Positions 1 to 9,791 of a stretch of DNA of 64,000 nt are shown here, piece by piece (position 1 is the stretch's first letter; every line of letters begins with the position of its first letter). The stretch comes from Candidatus Woesearchaeota archaeon. GTDB taxonomy: Archaea > Nanobdellota > Nanobdellia > Woesearchaeales > DSVV01. The translations under genes and the position numbers were made by a program. The stretch is taken from the NCBI GenBank assembly GCA_038884615.1, contig JAWABL010000003.1, forward strand, positions 9,038 through 73,037. The letters run 5' to 3'. Below the pieces are notes generated by a model that had not been told where the DNA came from, searched no databases, and worked only from the letters and a program-made list of their open reading frames with translations.

Positions 1-1229
1 TCTCTGGCTTACTCCTTTTCTTCCGCCGACCCAGTTGCCTGTTGCCATGGAGCTGTATATTCTTTGTGTAAGAAGCTTGTCTCTTATAACTACCCTTATT
101 GATGGAAATTTGCCGCGTTTTACGATACGCTGAAAATTATAAAGCATGTCACCTATAAGAACCTTAAGATTTACCCTAAATAAGTCAGCAAGCAAATCGC
201 CGCTCATTTTAATTCTCTTGTTCATATAATGGTCCTTGTCGTCCACACCAATAACTCCTTTTGTGACGTTGATATATCTCTTCACAAATTTACATAGGTT
301 ATAAGCCTTAAACAGCCGGTCCTTTTTCTCTATTCCAAGATGAGGGAGGAAATATTTATCAAGAATTTCTTGCATTCTTTCTATTCTGATATCTTTTGCT
401 TGGGTAATACCTATTCTCTTTGCCATGTAGTCAAGTGCTTCTTCTTCGCTTTTTATGTCAACAAAATCAAGGAGATTTACATACACATCATCGTCATGCT
501 CACTGCCTGCGATATTTCTCATTATATCTTCATCCTTTATCATTCCAAGGGCCTTTAGGATTACCACTACAGGTATCCTTCTGACTCTCGTAAAAGAAAC
601 ATAAAAGATTCCATCCCTGTGTTTTTCAATGCTATGAGGTATTTTGAATGAGCCATAGCTAGAGAATATTTTACCTTGATATTCGCTTGGGCCGGTTTTT
701 ATCTTCTCCATTAAGAACATATTTGCCGCAAGATCCTCGATATTTATAAGAACCCTTTCTGTTCCGTTTATTATAAAATATCCGCCAAGGTCATATGGGT
801 CTTCGCCTTTAGCGATAAGCTCCTCTCTACTTAATCCATACAAATGGCAGAACTTTGAGCGAAGCATTATAGGCATGCTTCCAATTTGCGTAACAAAAGA
901 TTCTCTTTGTATTCCGTTTATGTGCGCGCTTATTTCTATGAATATAGGGACAGAATATGTGATTTTTCTGAGTCTAGCTTCAATAGGATAGATAGGTCTC
1001 TTGCTTCCGTCTGCCTCTGTTATTTCTGGCTTTGTAACCCATATCTTGTCAAGTCTGATTTTAAACTCATCAATATTATGTGGGATTATTGTCGGCTCTA
1101 TTGTTTTGTTCTCTTCAATTATAGTTTGAAGCTCTTTTTCAATAAAATAATTAAATGATTCTATATCTGAATTAACAAAACTGTGTTCCTCAAAATATTT
1201 TTTGATAAGTGCTTTTGAATATCTTTGCA
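1..1229 (-). CDS. rpoB: DNA-directed RNA polymerase subunit B'' (N-terminal Rpb2-like part). Partial: runs off the window start.
   Basis: Reverse-strand translation from the ATG at 1229 gives MQRYSKALIKKYFEEHSFVNSDIESFNYFIEKELQTIIEE...EADGSKRPIYPIEARLRKITYSVP, which matches the conserved Rpb2/RpoB'' N-terminus. It lies directly downstream of rpoH, as in archaeal RNAP operons. The ORF track does not list it because it is open to the window edge. Confidence 0.85.
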
Positions 1230-1231
1230 TC

Positions 1232-1489
1232 CTACACCACATATCTATAATATATACTCTCTCCGGCAGTCGGGCTTTGCCTTATAATTTTTATTATGTC
1301 GCCTTGTTTAGGATTAAGAGTTTGTATTGCCGGATCATTTACTGATATTTTAGGCAACTGCTTATAGTTAAGATTGTATTTTGAAAGAAGCTCGTCTTTT
1401 TCCTTCTGGTTAAGCTTAATATGCTTCGGCACTAGTACATGAAGCCTTACATCAAAATTTGGTTTTTTTCTGCTGCGTTTTTTCGCCAT
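1232..1489 (-). CDS. rpoH: DNA-directed RNA polymerase subunit H (Rpb5-like)
   Basis: 85-aa ORF. Conserved RpoH motifs are present (HVLVPKHIKL..., LPKI..DP, KQGDIIKIIRQSPTAGESIYYRYVV). Its position immediately upstream of rpoB'' fits the archaeal operon. Confidence 0.88.
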   Translation of the reverse strand: MAKKRSRKKPNFDVRLHVLVPKHIKLNQKEKDELLSKYNLNYKQLPKISVNDPAIQTLNPKQGDIIKIIRQSPTAGESIYYRYVV

Positions 1490-1573
1490 TTTTTAAACCA
1501 ACTTTAATACATATCCATTATTAAATGTTCATTATTAAATTTATAATCTTATATCGAATTTATAAGCTTATAA

Positions 1574-1661
1574 TGGGCCGGACGAGATTCGAACTCGCGA
1601 CCACCCGATGCCCGCCCTAAATGTTAAAAGTCGGGTGCTCCACCAGCTAAGCTACCGGCCC
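1574..1661 (-). tRNA. tRNA-Lys (anticodon UUU) with a ~15-nt intron at the canonical 37/38 position
   Basis: Reverse complement reads GGGCCGG-TA-GCTT-AGCTGGTG-GAGC-A-CCCGA-CTTTTAA-[CATTTAGGGCGGGCA]-TCGGG-TGGTC-GCGAG-TTCGAAT-CTCGT-CCGGCCC-A. The cloverleaf is complete with 7/7 acceptor pairs. The anticodon stem CCCGA/TCGGG only closes if the 15-nt insert is removed. Confidence 0.7.
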
Positions 1662-1674
1662 GGGTTAGTATAAA

Positions 1675-1793
1675 CGCCCTGGCCGGGACTTCCAAAAACC
1701 CCAAATAAATTTTTAGGGTGTTTTATCTTTTTTTTGAACCCGGGTCGAAGCCTCGACAGGGCTTCATGATAGGCCGGACTACACTACCAGGGC
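1675..1793 (-). tRNA. tRNA-Asp (anticodon GUC) interrupted by a ~44-nt intron in the T-loop (non-canonical position, about 58/59/60)
   Basis: 5' part (1793 down to 1733): GCCCTGG-TA-...-AAGCC-CTGTCGA-GGCTT-CGAC-CCGGG-TTCAAA. 3' part (1688 down to 1675): T-CCCGG-CCAGGGC-G. The T-stem (CCGGG/CCCGG) and the acceptor stem (GCCCTGG/CCAGGGC) are formed across a ~44-nt A/T-rich insert at 1689-1732. Confidence 0.65.
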
Positions 1794-1981
1794 ATCAGCT
1801 CAAACAACTGTTAAAAATCCTTCTAGCATCTAAATACAAATTATAAATGCTTATTTTTGACATTGGAATGCTAGAAAGATTTTTCATGAATTAATGCTAA
1901 CTTTTTTCTCTATTTATAAACCTATCGGATTTTCAGGATATTTCCAGCATAATTATTTTAAGCATAATTTCTTAAGAATAA

Positions 1982-2932
1982 TTAACAGATTCTGGGCACG
2001 ACTTCTCCTGTAGGCATTTCAAGAAATCTCTGTCCCACTGGGGTATTAATAATAAGGTCATTTTTTGTTATCTCACCAATAACCGCGGCTGTTTTGTTAA
2101 ATTGTTTTAGTTTTTTAAGTACAAGCCTCGCATTATTTTTTTTACAAACCAATATCGCTCGTCCCTCGCATGCAAGGCTAAAAGGGTCGACACCAAGCAA
2201 TTTACAGATAGCAGAAACCGGTTTTGATATAGGCACTGCTTTTTCATTTATCAAGACGCCTACTTTGTTTTTTGTAGCAAGCTCAGCAATGCACGCAGAA
2301 ATTCCGCCACGCGTTGGGTCTTTTGCTTGTTTAATAAGATGTATAACCGACATTAACTCTGGCATTATATTTTTGCAGTCGCTTTTTATTTTTGATTCAA
2401 ACTTAAACCTTTCAGCAAGCAAAGCAGCTCCATGCTCAGCAATGTTTCCTGTTACAATTATTTGGTCTCCTATCTCAAGTTTTTTTGTAAGTTGCCTTTT
2501 TATCCTCCCTATTCCTGATGTATTTATGATTAATCCGTCAAGGGTTTTTTTTGGCATTACTTTGGTGTCGCCGGTGACAACAGGGACATTTGCTTTTTCA
2601 GCTTCTTTATGTATAGAACCAATAATAAACATAAGTCTTTCTTCTGAAAAACCTTCCTCAATTACAAGGCCAAGTGAAATGCCGACAGGCTCAGCACCTG
2701 AGACAACCAGGTCGTTTATTGTGCCACAAACAGCAAGCTTGCCTATGTCTCCGCCTGGAAAAAACAATGGGCTTATAGTATAGCTGTCAGTAGTAAAAGC
2801 GATATCACCGAAAAAAGCAGAATCGCCGTCAGAATTGAACCACTTGCCTGTGCTTCCAAGCACTTTTCTTATTCTAGCAACAAGCTCGTGCATTTCTTTT
2901 CCGCCTGCGCCGTGATGTAAGCCAATGTTCAT
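1982..2932 (-). CDS. hypE: Hydrogenase maturation protein HypE
   Basis: 316-aa ORF with HypE/AIR-synthase-related fold motifs (MNIGLHHGAGGKEMHELV..., C-terminal PRIC). Confidence 0.9.
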   Translation of the reverse strand: MNIGLHHGAGGKEMHELVARIRKVLGSTGKWFNSDGDSAFFGDIAFTTDSYTISPLFFPGGDIGKLAVCGTINDLVVSGAEPVGISLGLVIEEGFSEERLMFIIGSIHKEAEKANVPVVTGDTKVMPKKTLDGLIINTSGIGRIKRQLTKKLEIGDQIIVTGNIAEHGAALLAERFKFESKIKSDCKNIMPELMSVIHLIKQAKDPTRGGISACIAELATKNKVGVLINEKAVPISKPVSAICKLLGVDPFSLACEGRAILVCKKNNARLVLKKLKQFNKTAAVIGEITKNDLIINTPVGQRFLEMPTGEVVPRIC

Positions 2933-3199
2933 TTTACAAAATCTTATAACAAAAATTTTATAATAATAATTTAAATAACACTCTAATATATGTAGACATA
3001 TCTACTAATTTTGAATTTACATTGCTACATTTATTTTGCTATACTATATTAACTATTATATATTATACTATACTGTATAATTACTGGATATATAGTATTG
3101 TTAGTGTATACATATCTATTCTAATTATTGCTAGGTATCCCAAATTTCTATAATTTCTATAATATACAAAATATACTATATACTATTATATTGCTATAT

Positions 3200-4219
3200 T
3201 TATTCTGAAAAATATTTATAGTATATGCTACATGATCCCTCAGAGCTGACCATACATGCGCCCATAGGTGTTTGAGGCTTGCATCTTGACTTGAATAAAG
3301 GGCACTCAACAGGGAATATTTTGCCTTTAATTACTTCTCCACACTTACAACCTTTCTGCTCTTTTGCCTTTGGAACTCTTTTAAAAATCTCTTTATATAT
3401 TAGTTTTGCATTTTGACTTGAATACCTCTTCTTTATTTCAAGCCCACTCCTAGGGATTGTTCCTAAACCACGCCATTCTGCATCGCATTTTTCAAAACAT
3501 TCTGCTAAAACAGCCTGTGCCTTTTTGTTGCCTGAGGGATTTACAACCCTCTTGTATTGGTTAAAGACTATATTCTTATTATTTCTTATCATCTTAAGAA
3601 GCATAAGGATTGATTCAAGCATGTCTTCGGGCTCAAACCCAGTTATTGCCTGCGGTTTTTGAATTATCTCATACGGCTTGAGACCGATAATCGCTGAGAC
3701 ATGACCTGGATTAATAAAACAGTCAATTTGTGAAGAATCGGCGACTGCCTTCATTGCCTCGGGCATGGTTTTATGGCAAGAATATACTAAAAGCCCCTTT
3801 TTAATAGCGACGGCTGTCATTGGGGCAGTTGTTTCAAAGCCAATTCCAAAAAAAACAGCATCTTTAAGTTTGAGCGCATCCATAACTGAATAAACAACAT
3901 GCACATTTGCACCATTTGTCCGTGCTTCATCAAGGCTCATTCTTGTACCTGGCACTTTAATCATATCTCCATATGTAGCTACAGCAACACCTGCATTTGC
4001 AAGTGCGATAATATTATCTATATCTTGTTGTGGAGTTACGCAAACAGGGCACCCAGGTCCTGAAATAAGCCTAACATTAGAAGGAAGAACATTCCTGAGT
4101 CCATACTTTGCAGCTGTTACAGTATGAGTACCACAAACTTCCATTATGTTTACTTGTCTTTCTATTTTTCTTGCTTCAACTCTTATTTTTTCAATAAGTG
4201 CATCAAACCTACGATTCAT
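3200..4219 (-). CDS. hypD: Hydrogenase maturation protein HypD
   Basis: Contains the signature GPGCPVC and the CGTHT motif. The listed ORF begins at 4270, but the likely start is the internal Met (MNRRFDALIEK...) at 4219, which abuts the hypC stop. Confidence 0.88.
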   Translation of the reverse strand: MNRRFDALIEKIRVEARKIERQVNIMEVCGTHTVTAAKYGLRNVLPSNVRLISGPGCPVCVTPQQDIDNIIALANAGVAVATYGDMIKVPGTRMSLDEARTNGANVHVVYSVMDALKLKDAVFFGIGFETTAPMTAVAIKKGLLVYSCHKTMPEAMKAVADSSQIDCFINPGHVSAIIGLKPYEIIQKPQAITGFEPEDMLESILMLLKMIRNNKNIVFNQYKRVVNPSGNKKAQAVLAECFEKCDAEWRGLGTIPRSGLEIKKRYSSQNAKLIYKEIFKRVPKAKEQKGCKCGEVIKGKIFPVECPLFKSRCKPQTPMGACMVSSEGSCSIYYKYFSE

Positions 4220-4424
4220 CCTCAATACTCTCCCAAAAAGTAATCTTTTCTTCTGCACTTTTTTTTTCAATTATTTGTATAGCAAATCCTGCGTGTACAA
4301 GAACAAAGTCGCCTAGTTTAGCATCAACAAAATCAAGCATTATTTCCTTTTTTACTCCACCAAAATCAACAACTGCAATATTTCCATTCTTTTCAAGCAC
4401 TTTTCCAGGTATTGCAAGGCACAT
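4209..4424 (-). CDS. hypC: Hydrogenase maturation protein HypC
   Basis: The canonical HypC N-terminus MCLAIPGKV begins at 4424. The ORF-track start at 4508 is probably an upstream extension. Confidence 0.85.
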   Translation of the reverse strand: MCLAIPGKVLEKNGNIAVVDFGGVKKEIMLDFVDAKLGDFVLVHAGFAIQIIEKKSAEEKITFWESIEDES

Positions 4425-4557
4425 ACAAAGCAAGTAAATCTGAGTAATATAAATATATAGCACAAATATATCTTTTTTGATTACTATCAAATAATAGTTC
4501 CAAAACATTTATATGCAGTAAGATATAACCGAATGTTTTAAAGTTGGGGGGTCAAGC

Positions 4558-7500
4558 GTGAATAAGAGAGTCGCTTTTAAGCGCTTAGATTATCTACTTA
4601 CAAAAAGGTTTTCCTTGTATATTCTAGTTTTATTTTTTTCGTTTTTTTCGCATAAAGCATTAGCTAGTACACAGAACTTCCCTCCTAACCAACCACAGAT
4701 TTTAACACCCGACGGTCAGGTAGAGACAGATGTGCTTTTCAAAAACATAAATTTTAATGTCACAGACAGCGATAATACAGTTCTTTCATGTAAGATGTAT
4801 GTTAACGGCACCGGCAATGTTAGCAATTCAACCACAAGGAACAATACTCAAACATGGCTAAATCTCAGCGTTGCTGCATGTGGATACTATGTATACTACA
4901 TCAACTGCAGTGATGGTGAGTTTTATAACATTTCCGCGACTCAGTGGATTCTTTTTAATTACAGTATTGATTCAACACCGCCCATAATAGGCTCTGTAGA
5001 GAATGTATCTATAACAAACTCAAGCGCCATTATAAAGTGGATAACAGACGATATAAGCAACTCAACAGTCTATTATGGCACAACACAATTATTAGGGAGC
5101 AGTTCATACAACGCAACTATGACAAACAATCATTCTGTTCTTTTAACAGATCTAAGTAACAATACTTTATATTACTACAATGTAAGCTCATGTAACAGTG
5201 CCGGCTATTGCAGTGTTTCATTGCAATACTCTTTCACAACAGAGCAGAACTTTATTCCTGGACCTGTTATATCAAATGTGTTGAACATCTCAATTACCAA
5301 CACAACAGCGGTGGTGACCTGGGAAACTGACCTTCCTACGGATTCGCTTGTAAAGTATGGTATGTCAAGCGGCATTTACTCTGAAAACATATCAAACTCC
5401 ACTTTAACCACAACGCATCTTATAGAACTCACAGGTCTTATGCCTGACACAACATACTACTATGTTGTAAACAGCACAGATGGGAACAGCAATTCAAGCG
5501 AAAGCGATGAGATGAATTTTACTACTGTTGATACGATTCCACCTTCTATAAATTCAGTGTATCTAACAAGCTACTACATCAAAAACAACACGCCTGTTAC
5601 TGTGTATGTAAATGCAACCGACAATCATCTCCTTCAAGTCACTGCCGAAGGCACTCCTCTTGTGCAGAACGGCGATGTCTGGGAGGGTACAATCCCCTTA
5701 AGTTCAAGCCCCCTTGATATTGTTGCTATTGACGAAAGAGGAAACAATGCAACAGACAGCAGCGTGAATTTTGTTGTTGATGGAACGCCCCCCACGATAC
5801 ATTCAATTACAATATCAAAAAAATATGTGAAGAACAACACCAAGGTGGAAATCATTGTAAATGCCAGTGATGCTGTTAATGTAACAGCTGAAGGCACGCC
5901 CCTTAGTAGAGAAGGGGACAGATGGAATGGAACGATAGCTCTTCTTGATACCCCTCCTTGGTTTGTGGATGTTGTTGCATATGACAATGTCAGCAACACC
6001 GCTTTTGATAATTCTCTTTCCTACATAATCGACGACATTGCGCCGATTATAAACAGTATCATCCTTTCCCAGGATTATGTAAGGAACAACACCAATGTAA
6101 CTATATATGTCAATATAACTGAATCATCAATAAGTAATGTCAGCGCAGACGATGTTCTTTTAAGCGAAATAAATGGAATATGGAGTGGAGCAATACTTCT
6201 TAAGGACATTGGGCAGCCCACCTTTGTTACTGTAGAGGTATATGATAATGCAGGCAATTTCTTACAGAACACAAACACAACATTCATTGTTGACGAACAA
6301 AACCCTCAGATAAATAGCGTCACAATTTCTGACGGATATGTTTCGACAGGACAAAAAATCCTAGTTACGGTTAACGCTACAGATACGAGAATGCAGTCTG
6401 TAACCGCCAACTCACTTGAGATGATAAACACATCGCCAAGCATCTGGTTTTTAAATCTAACAATACCCTCTTCAAGCGGAACAATAACGATACTTGCAAC
6501 CGATGCGGCTGGCAACACCAAAAGCAATAGCTCTGCCAGTTTTGTGGTTGATAACACCGCGCCTGTAATAAGCATAGCAGAACCACAAAACAATTCATTC
6601 TACTCAAAAAACAATATAACATTCAATTTTAGTGTTTATGAATCAAACCTTTCAAGCGTGAACATAACCATTGACAACAAGAGATACTACGGCAGTTCAA
6701 TAAATGGTAGTCAGACAGCAAATTTTACCGATCTTTGTGCCGGAATGCACAAAGCTGTCTTAACAGCGATAGACGAAGCGGAAAATAAAGCAACCAAAAC
6801 CATTAGATTTACTATTGCAGCGCCACTCAATGTGACACAAAAGCTTAATGAGCTTAAGAGTGAGATTGGACTATCGGCAGTAAACATAAGCCTTAAAAAA
6901 AATGAGACTGAACTTTATGGAAACGAGTCTGTAGATATAAATGGAACTCTTTCTCTTGAAATAAATCTGAATGTATCAGGTATCAATGGAAGCATACGCA
7001 TACATGGATTTAATGGTCTTAATGCAGACTGGGATACCGCTTTCTACGCAGATACAAATGCAAGCAGCGAAGAAACGATGAAAGCTACCCAACGCTCAGG
7101 CACTGAGATAGAATATTTTGTTCTCATTAAAAATACAACTGAGTTCATAGAGGATACTTACTATGACCTTGCAGTTATTGTGTTCAACACTGCGCTAAAC
7201 GGCCGCGATGTATTATTTATAGGAGATGATAATGGCGAGGATATATATAAACTACATAACTGCACATCCACCCCCTCTGTAGTCTCAAGCTTATCCGATG
7301 CGTGTTATATTGAGACAGAGCATAATGTCACATTATATCTTCCACACTTTTCAGGAGGAGCAATCGCAAACGATACACTACCCCCAATAATAAATATCAG
7401 CTCGCCGGAAAATGCTACAATAATACAGAACAGCTATTTTGATTTTGAATTTTCTGTGTACGAAGCGAATCCGAACAACTTTAGTCTCTGCAATTATTCA

Positions 7501-8805
7501 GTTTTCAACGGCACAGATATAGTTTATTATGATTATGATATTGAGTATTTAGATATGACAAATAATGGCAGCACACTCTATGAAAAAAGAATACGATTAT
7601 ATGATTTAGCAAATGGAACATATTATTTTAATTTAAGCTGCCAGGACATGAACAATCAGTCGTCTAATCTTAGTTATATCTTTTTTGTCAACGACACTAT
7701 AGAACCTGAGATAACAAGTATAGGTCCCACTGGCTTACAAACAAGCTCTACAACAAGCAAGGTTATTACTATATCAGCGATTACTGATGAAAACAGCTAT
7801 TGTAGGTATGCTACAAGCAACCTGAGCTATTTTGAGATGACAGAACCTCTCGGCTCATTCGGCACATCACATACAACCCAGATAACATACAACTCAGATG
7901 CAAGCGTAACGATGTATGTAAGATGCATTGATGTAAATGGTATTGAGTCTGTTGCAGGTGTAATCTCCTATACAGTAGATGTTGGTATTTCAAGCAGTGG
8001 AAAAAGCACCAATGTAGGAAGCAGTGGAGGAGGCATAATAGGGAATGCAACCACCATAGAGGTCTTTGCATGGTCAAAAACACTAAAGAACATAACTGCT
8101 GAGAATTCTATCTCAATCTTGGTTACCAATAAAGACCTTTCCATAACCGAATTAAAGTTTGTACCTGTTACTGAGGTTCCAAATGCATACATCTACATCA
8201 GAGAAACAAAAGAGAAACCAGAGCGGTCCGGAGAGTTTTTGCAAGGCGTAAGTGTTTATAGATATATAAAAATAGTAGATGATAGTTTTAGAAACATAAG
8301 TGGCGCGGTTATTGATTTCAGGGTTGAAAAGTCCTGGCTTGAAGCTAATCAACTAAAACAGAACAATGTCGGTCTTTACAGGCTTTCCAGCACAGAAGGA
8401 GAGGGCAAATGGGTTTTACAAAATACAAGCAAGACAAGCGAGGATGGCCAATATATTTATTACAGAGCGAATACTACCGGCCTTAGCTATTTTGCTATTG
8501 GCGGAAAGCACGCAAAAGACGAATTAAATCAAGACTCTACATCTGTTTTTAATGAGCAGATGGACGACCCCTCCAACCAAAGTAACATAAATGAAAATGC
8601 AGAAATGAATACCAAGGAAATAGAGAGTGCAAGTCAAGAAGGAAACATACAGATCTCTGCTCCTGTACCTAAAATAAAAATTGAAACAAAGAGAAAGATA
8701 AGCATTTCTTGGCTTATTGCCTTTATATTAATTATAATAGTTCTGGCTGTCGCATCAATAATATATGTAACTAAGATATATGTGAACAGAGAAGGGGGTT
8801 TCTAG
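4558..8805 (+). CDS. Giant (1415-aa) secreted surface protein. Sec signal peptide, two FN3-like domains, five or more tandem Ig-like repeats, a C-terminal TM anchor, and extremely dense N-x-S/T sequons. Probable S-layer or surface glycoprotein.
   Basis: GTG start. N-terminal hydrophobic signal (LYILVLFFSFFSHKALA). FN3-like segments (PPIIGSVENVSITNSSAIIKW...YYYNVSS). Repeated ~95-aa units (TIPPSINSVYLTSYYIKNNTPVTVYVNATD...AEGTPL...G.W.GTI). C-terminal ISWLIAFILIIIVLAVASIIYV followed by a basic tail. Confidence 0.8.
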   Translation: MNKRVAFKRLDYLLTKRFSLYILVLFFSFFSHKALASTQNFPPNQPQILTPDGQVETDVLFKNINFNVTDSDNTVLSCKMYVNGTGNVSNSTTRNNTQTWLNLSVAACGYYVYYINCSDGEFYNISATQWILFNYSIDSTPPIIGSVENVSITNSSAIIKWITDDISNSTVYYGTTQLLGSSSYNATMTNNHSVLLTDLSNNTLYYYNVSSCNSAGYCSVSLQYSFTTEQNFIPGPVISNVLNISITNTTAVVTWETDLPTDSLVKYGMSSGIYSENISNSTLTTTHLIELTGLMPDTTYYYVVNSTDGNSNSSESDEMNFTTVDTIPPSINSVYLTSYYIKNNTPVTVYVNATDNHLLQVTAEGTPLVQNGDVWEGTIPLSSSPLDIVAIDERGNNATDSSVNFVVDGTPPTIHSITISKKYVKNNTKVEIIVNASDAVNVTAEGTPLSREGDRWNGTIALLDTPPWFVDVVAYDNVSNTAFDNSLSYIIDDIAPIINSIILSQDYVRNNTNVTIYVNITESSISNVSADDVLLSEINGIWSGAILLKDIGQPTFVTVEVYDNAGNFLQNTNTTFIVDEQNPQINSVTISDGYVSTGQKILVTVNATDTRMQSVTANSLEMINTSPSIWFLNLTIPSSSGTITILATDAAGNTKSNSSASFVVDNTAPVISIAEPQNNSFYSKNNITFNFSVYESNLSSVNITIDNKRYYGSSINGSQTANFTDLCAGMHKAVLTAIDEAENKATKTIRFTIAAPLNVTQKLNELKSEIGLSAVNISLKKNETELYGNESVDINGTLSLEINLNVSGINGSIRIHGFNGLNADWDTAFYADTNASSEETMKATQRSGTEIEYFVLIKNTTEFIEDTYYDLAVIVFNTALNGRDVLFIGDDNGEDIYKLHNCTSTPSVVSSLSDACYIETEHNVTLYLPHFSGGAIANDTLPPIINISSPENATIIQNSYFDFEFSVYEANPNNFSLCNYSVFNGTDIVYYDYDIEYLDMTNNGSTLYEKRIRLYDLANGTYYFNLSCQDMNNQSSNLSYIFFVNDTIEPEITSIGPTGLQTSSTTSKVITISAITDENSYCRYATSNLSYFEMTEPLGSFGTSHTTQITYNSDASVTMYVRCIDVNGIESVAGVISYTVDVGISSSGKSTNVGSSGGGIIGNATTIEVFAWSKTLKNITAENSISILVTNKDLSITELKFVPVTEVPNAYIYIRETKEKPERSGEFLQGVSVYRYIKIVDDSFRNISGAVIDFRVEKSWLEANQLKQNNVGLYRLSSTEGEGKWVLQNTSKTSEDGQYIYYRANTTGLSYFAIGGKHAKDELNQDSTSVFNEQMDDPSNQSNINENAEMNTKEIESASQEGNIQISAPVPKIKIETKRKISISWLIAFILIIIVLAVASIIYVTKIYVNREGGF
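5510..6630 (+). repeat. Intragenic tandem array of about 5 diverged ~285-bp (95-aa) Ig-like repeat units within the surface protein
   Basis: Recurring peptide pattern D.(T/I)PP.I.S(V/I).(L/I)(S/T)..Y(V/I).NNT.V.(V/I)YVNA(T/S)D...V(T/S)AEGTPL...GD.W.GTI across successive units. Confidence 0.55.
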
Positions 8806-8958
8806 TCAGAAGCTGTTTAGGTTTAAAAAACATGCAAATGGAAAATCTAGGTATAGCAGAAGGGATACATATTGCATTAAAAAACAAGACTAAAACAGGA
8901 TTTAACATAAAGAAATAAAATATAAAAATTTTATAATACATTTAGAATGTTTTTAGAA

Positions 8959-9150
8959 TCATTTTTTCTCAATTTTAATGCAAGAAACTGGGCAGCTGTC
9001 GGCTGCTTCCTTTGCACAACCAATATTGTCTACAACATCTTTTTTTGGAACTGATTTCCCACCGACCATCTTAAACATGCTTTGGCATACTGAAACACAC
9101 GCGCCACAACCAATGCATTCGTCTTTATCTACAGTTATCTTAAATGCCAT
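8959..9150 (-). CDS. 4Fe-4S ferredoxin (two-cluster type)
   Basis: 63 aa with CIGCGACVSVC and CAKEAADSCPVSC cysteine motifs. Confidence 0.8.
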   Translation of the reverse strand: MAFKITVDKDECIGCGACVSVCQSMFKMVGGKSVPKKDVVDNIGCAKEAADSCPVSCIKIEKK

Positions 9151-9332
9151 GCTACCACCTCCTCTACCGGTTGGAATAAATCAATTAGTTTAAAAAGTTA
9201 ATTATTTCTTTAAGTTTTTTGTTTGAATAAACCTTTTTTTGTAAGCTATAATTTAGAATAGTGACTGTAGTAAGCAAAAATTAAAGAAAAGCTCTATAAA
9301 AAGTAGCAATACAAGAGTAGAAATTAAATATT

Positions 9333-9791
9333 TTATTGGTCTTTTTTAATATTATTTTTTTTGACTATTATATTCTCTCCACAACGAACTCTTCCGCCTA
9401 TTACGACCTGCGCGAATATACCTTCTTTTGGCATTATACAACTGCCAGCTAATTTTGCAATTTTGCACGGCGCATGGCACTCCTTTCCAATCTTTGATAC
9501 TCTAAGCACCACTCTACCTATCTGCAAGAGGCACCCTATTTTCAATTTATGAAGCTTGACTCCCTTTGTCGTCAGATTTTCGCCAAAGCTTCCATGCTTA
9601 AAGCAGTGCATGCTTGTTGAGCTTTTCTTGAACCTTTCATAGGATTCAACAGCAAGCAGTGAAACTTGCCTTTTTCCTGGAGAAGCGTGAACATCGCCTT
9701 TTAATCCATAGTTTTTAATAAATACAGCGGTTTTAACAGGACGCTTCCTCCCTTTCACACGGCTTATGTTTATGGACACTATTTTCGCCAA
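9333..9791 (-). CDS. MOSC (MoCo sulfurase C-terminal) domain protein
   Basis: 152 aa, MOSC-like beta-barrel signature (LKGDVHAS...ENLTT.G). Last gene of the Moco operon, overlapping the end of moeA. Confidence 0.7.
   Translation of the reverse strand: MAKIVSINISRVKGRKRPVKTAVFIKNYGLKGDVHASPGKRQVSLLAVESYERFKKSSTSMHCFKHGSFGENLTTKGVKLHKLKIGCLLQIGRVVLRVSKIGKECHAPCKIAKLAGSCIMPKEGIFAQVVIGGRVRCGENIIVKKNNIKKDQ

Noticed and set aside
2094-2783. 229-aa plus-strand ORF inside hypE, and similar antisense ORFs (5634-5999 and 6306-6593 inside the surface-protein gene; 10308-10625, 12116-12745 and 13774-14244 inside Moco genes; 37699-38454 antisense to atpK/atpE; 27504-27908 inside gatE; 54440-54783 inside top6B; and others)
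   Set aside because: Each lies fully antisense to, or out of frame with, a gene with strong conserved-motif support. Their composition is low-complexity (Ser/Pro/Leu/Phe-rich), typical of shadow ORFs in AT-rich DNA.
2933-3199. AT-rich low-complexity spacer between hypD and hypE with TATACTATA-like words and a short tandem AATTTCTATA x2
   Set aside because: No regular spacing, no repeat-spacer architecture (not CRISPR), and no convincing palindromes. It most likely holds an internal promoter and AT-rich spacer.
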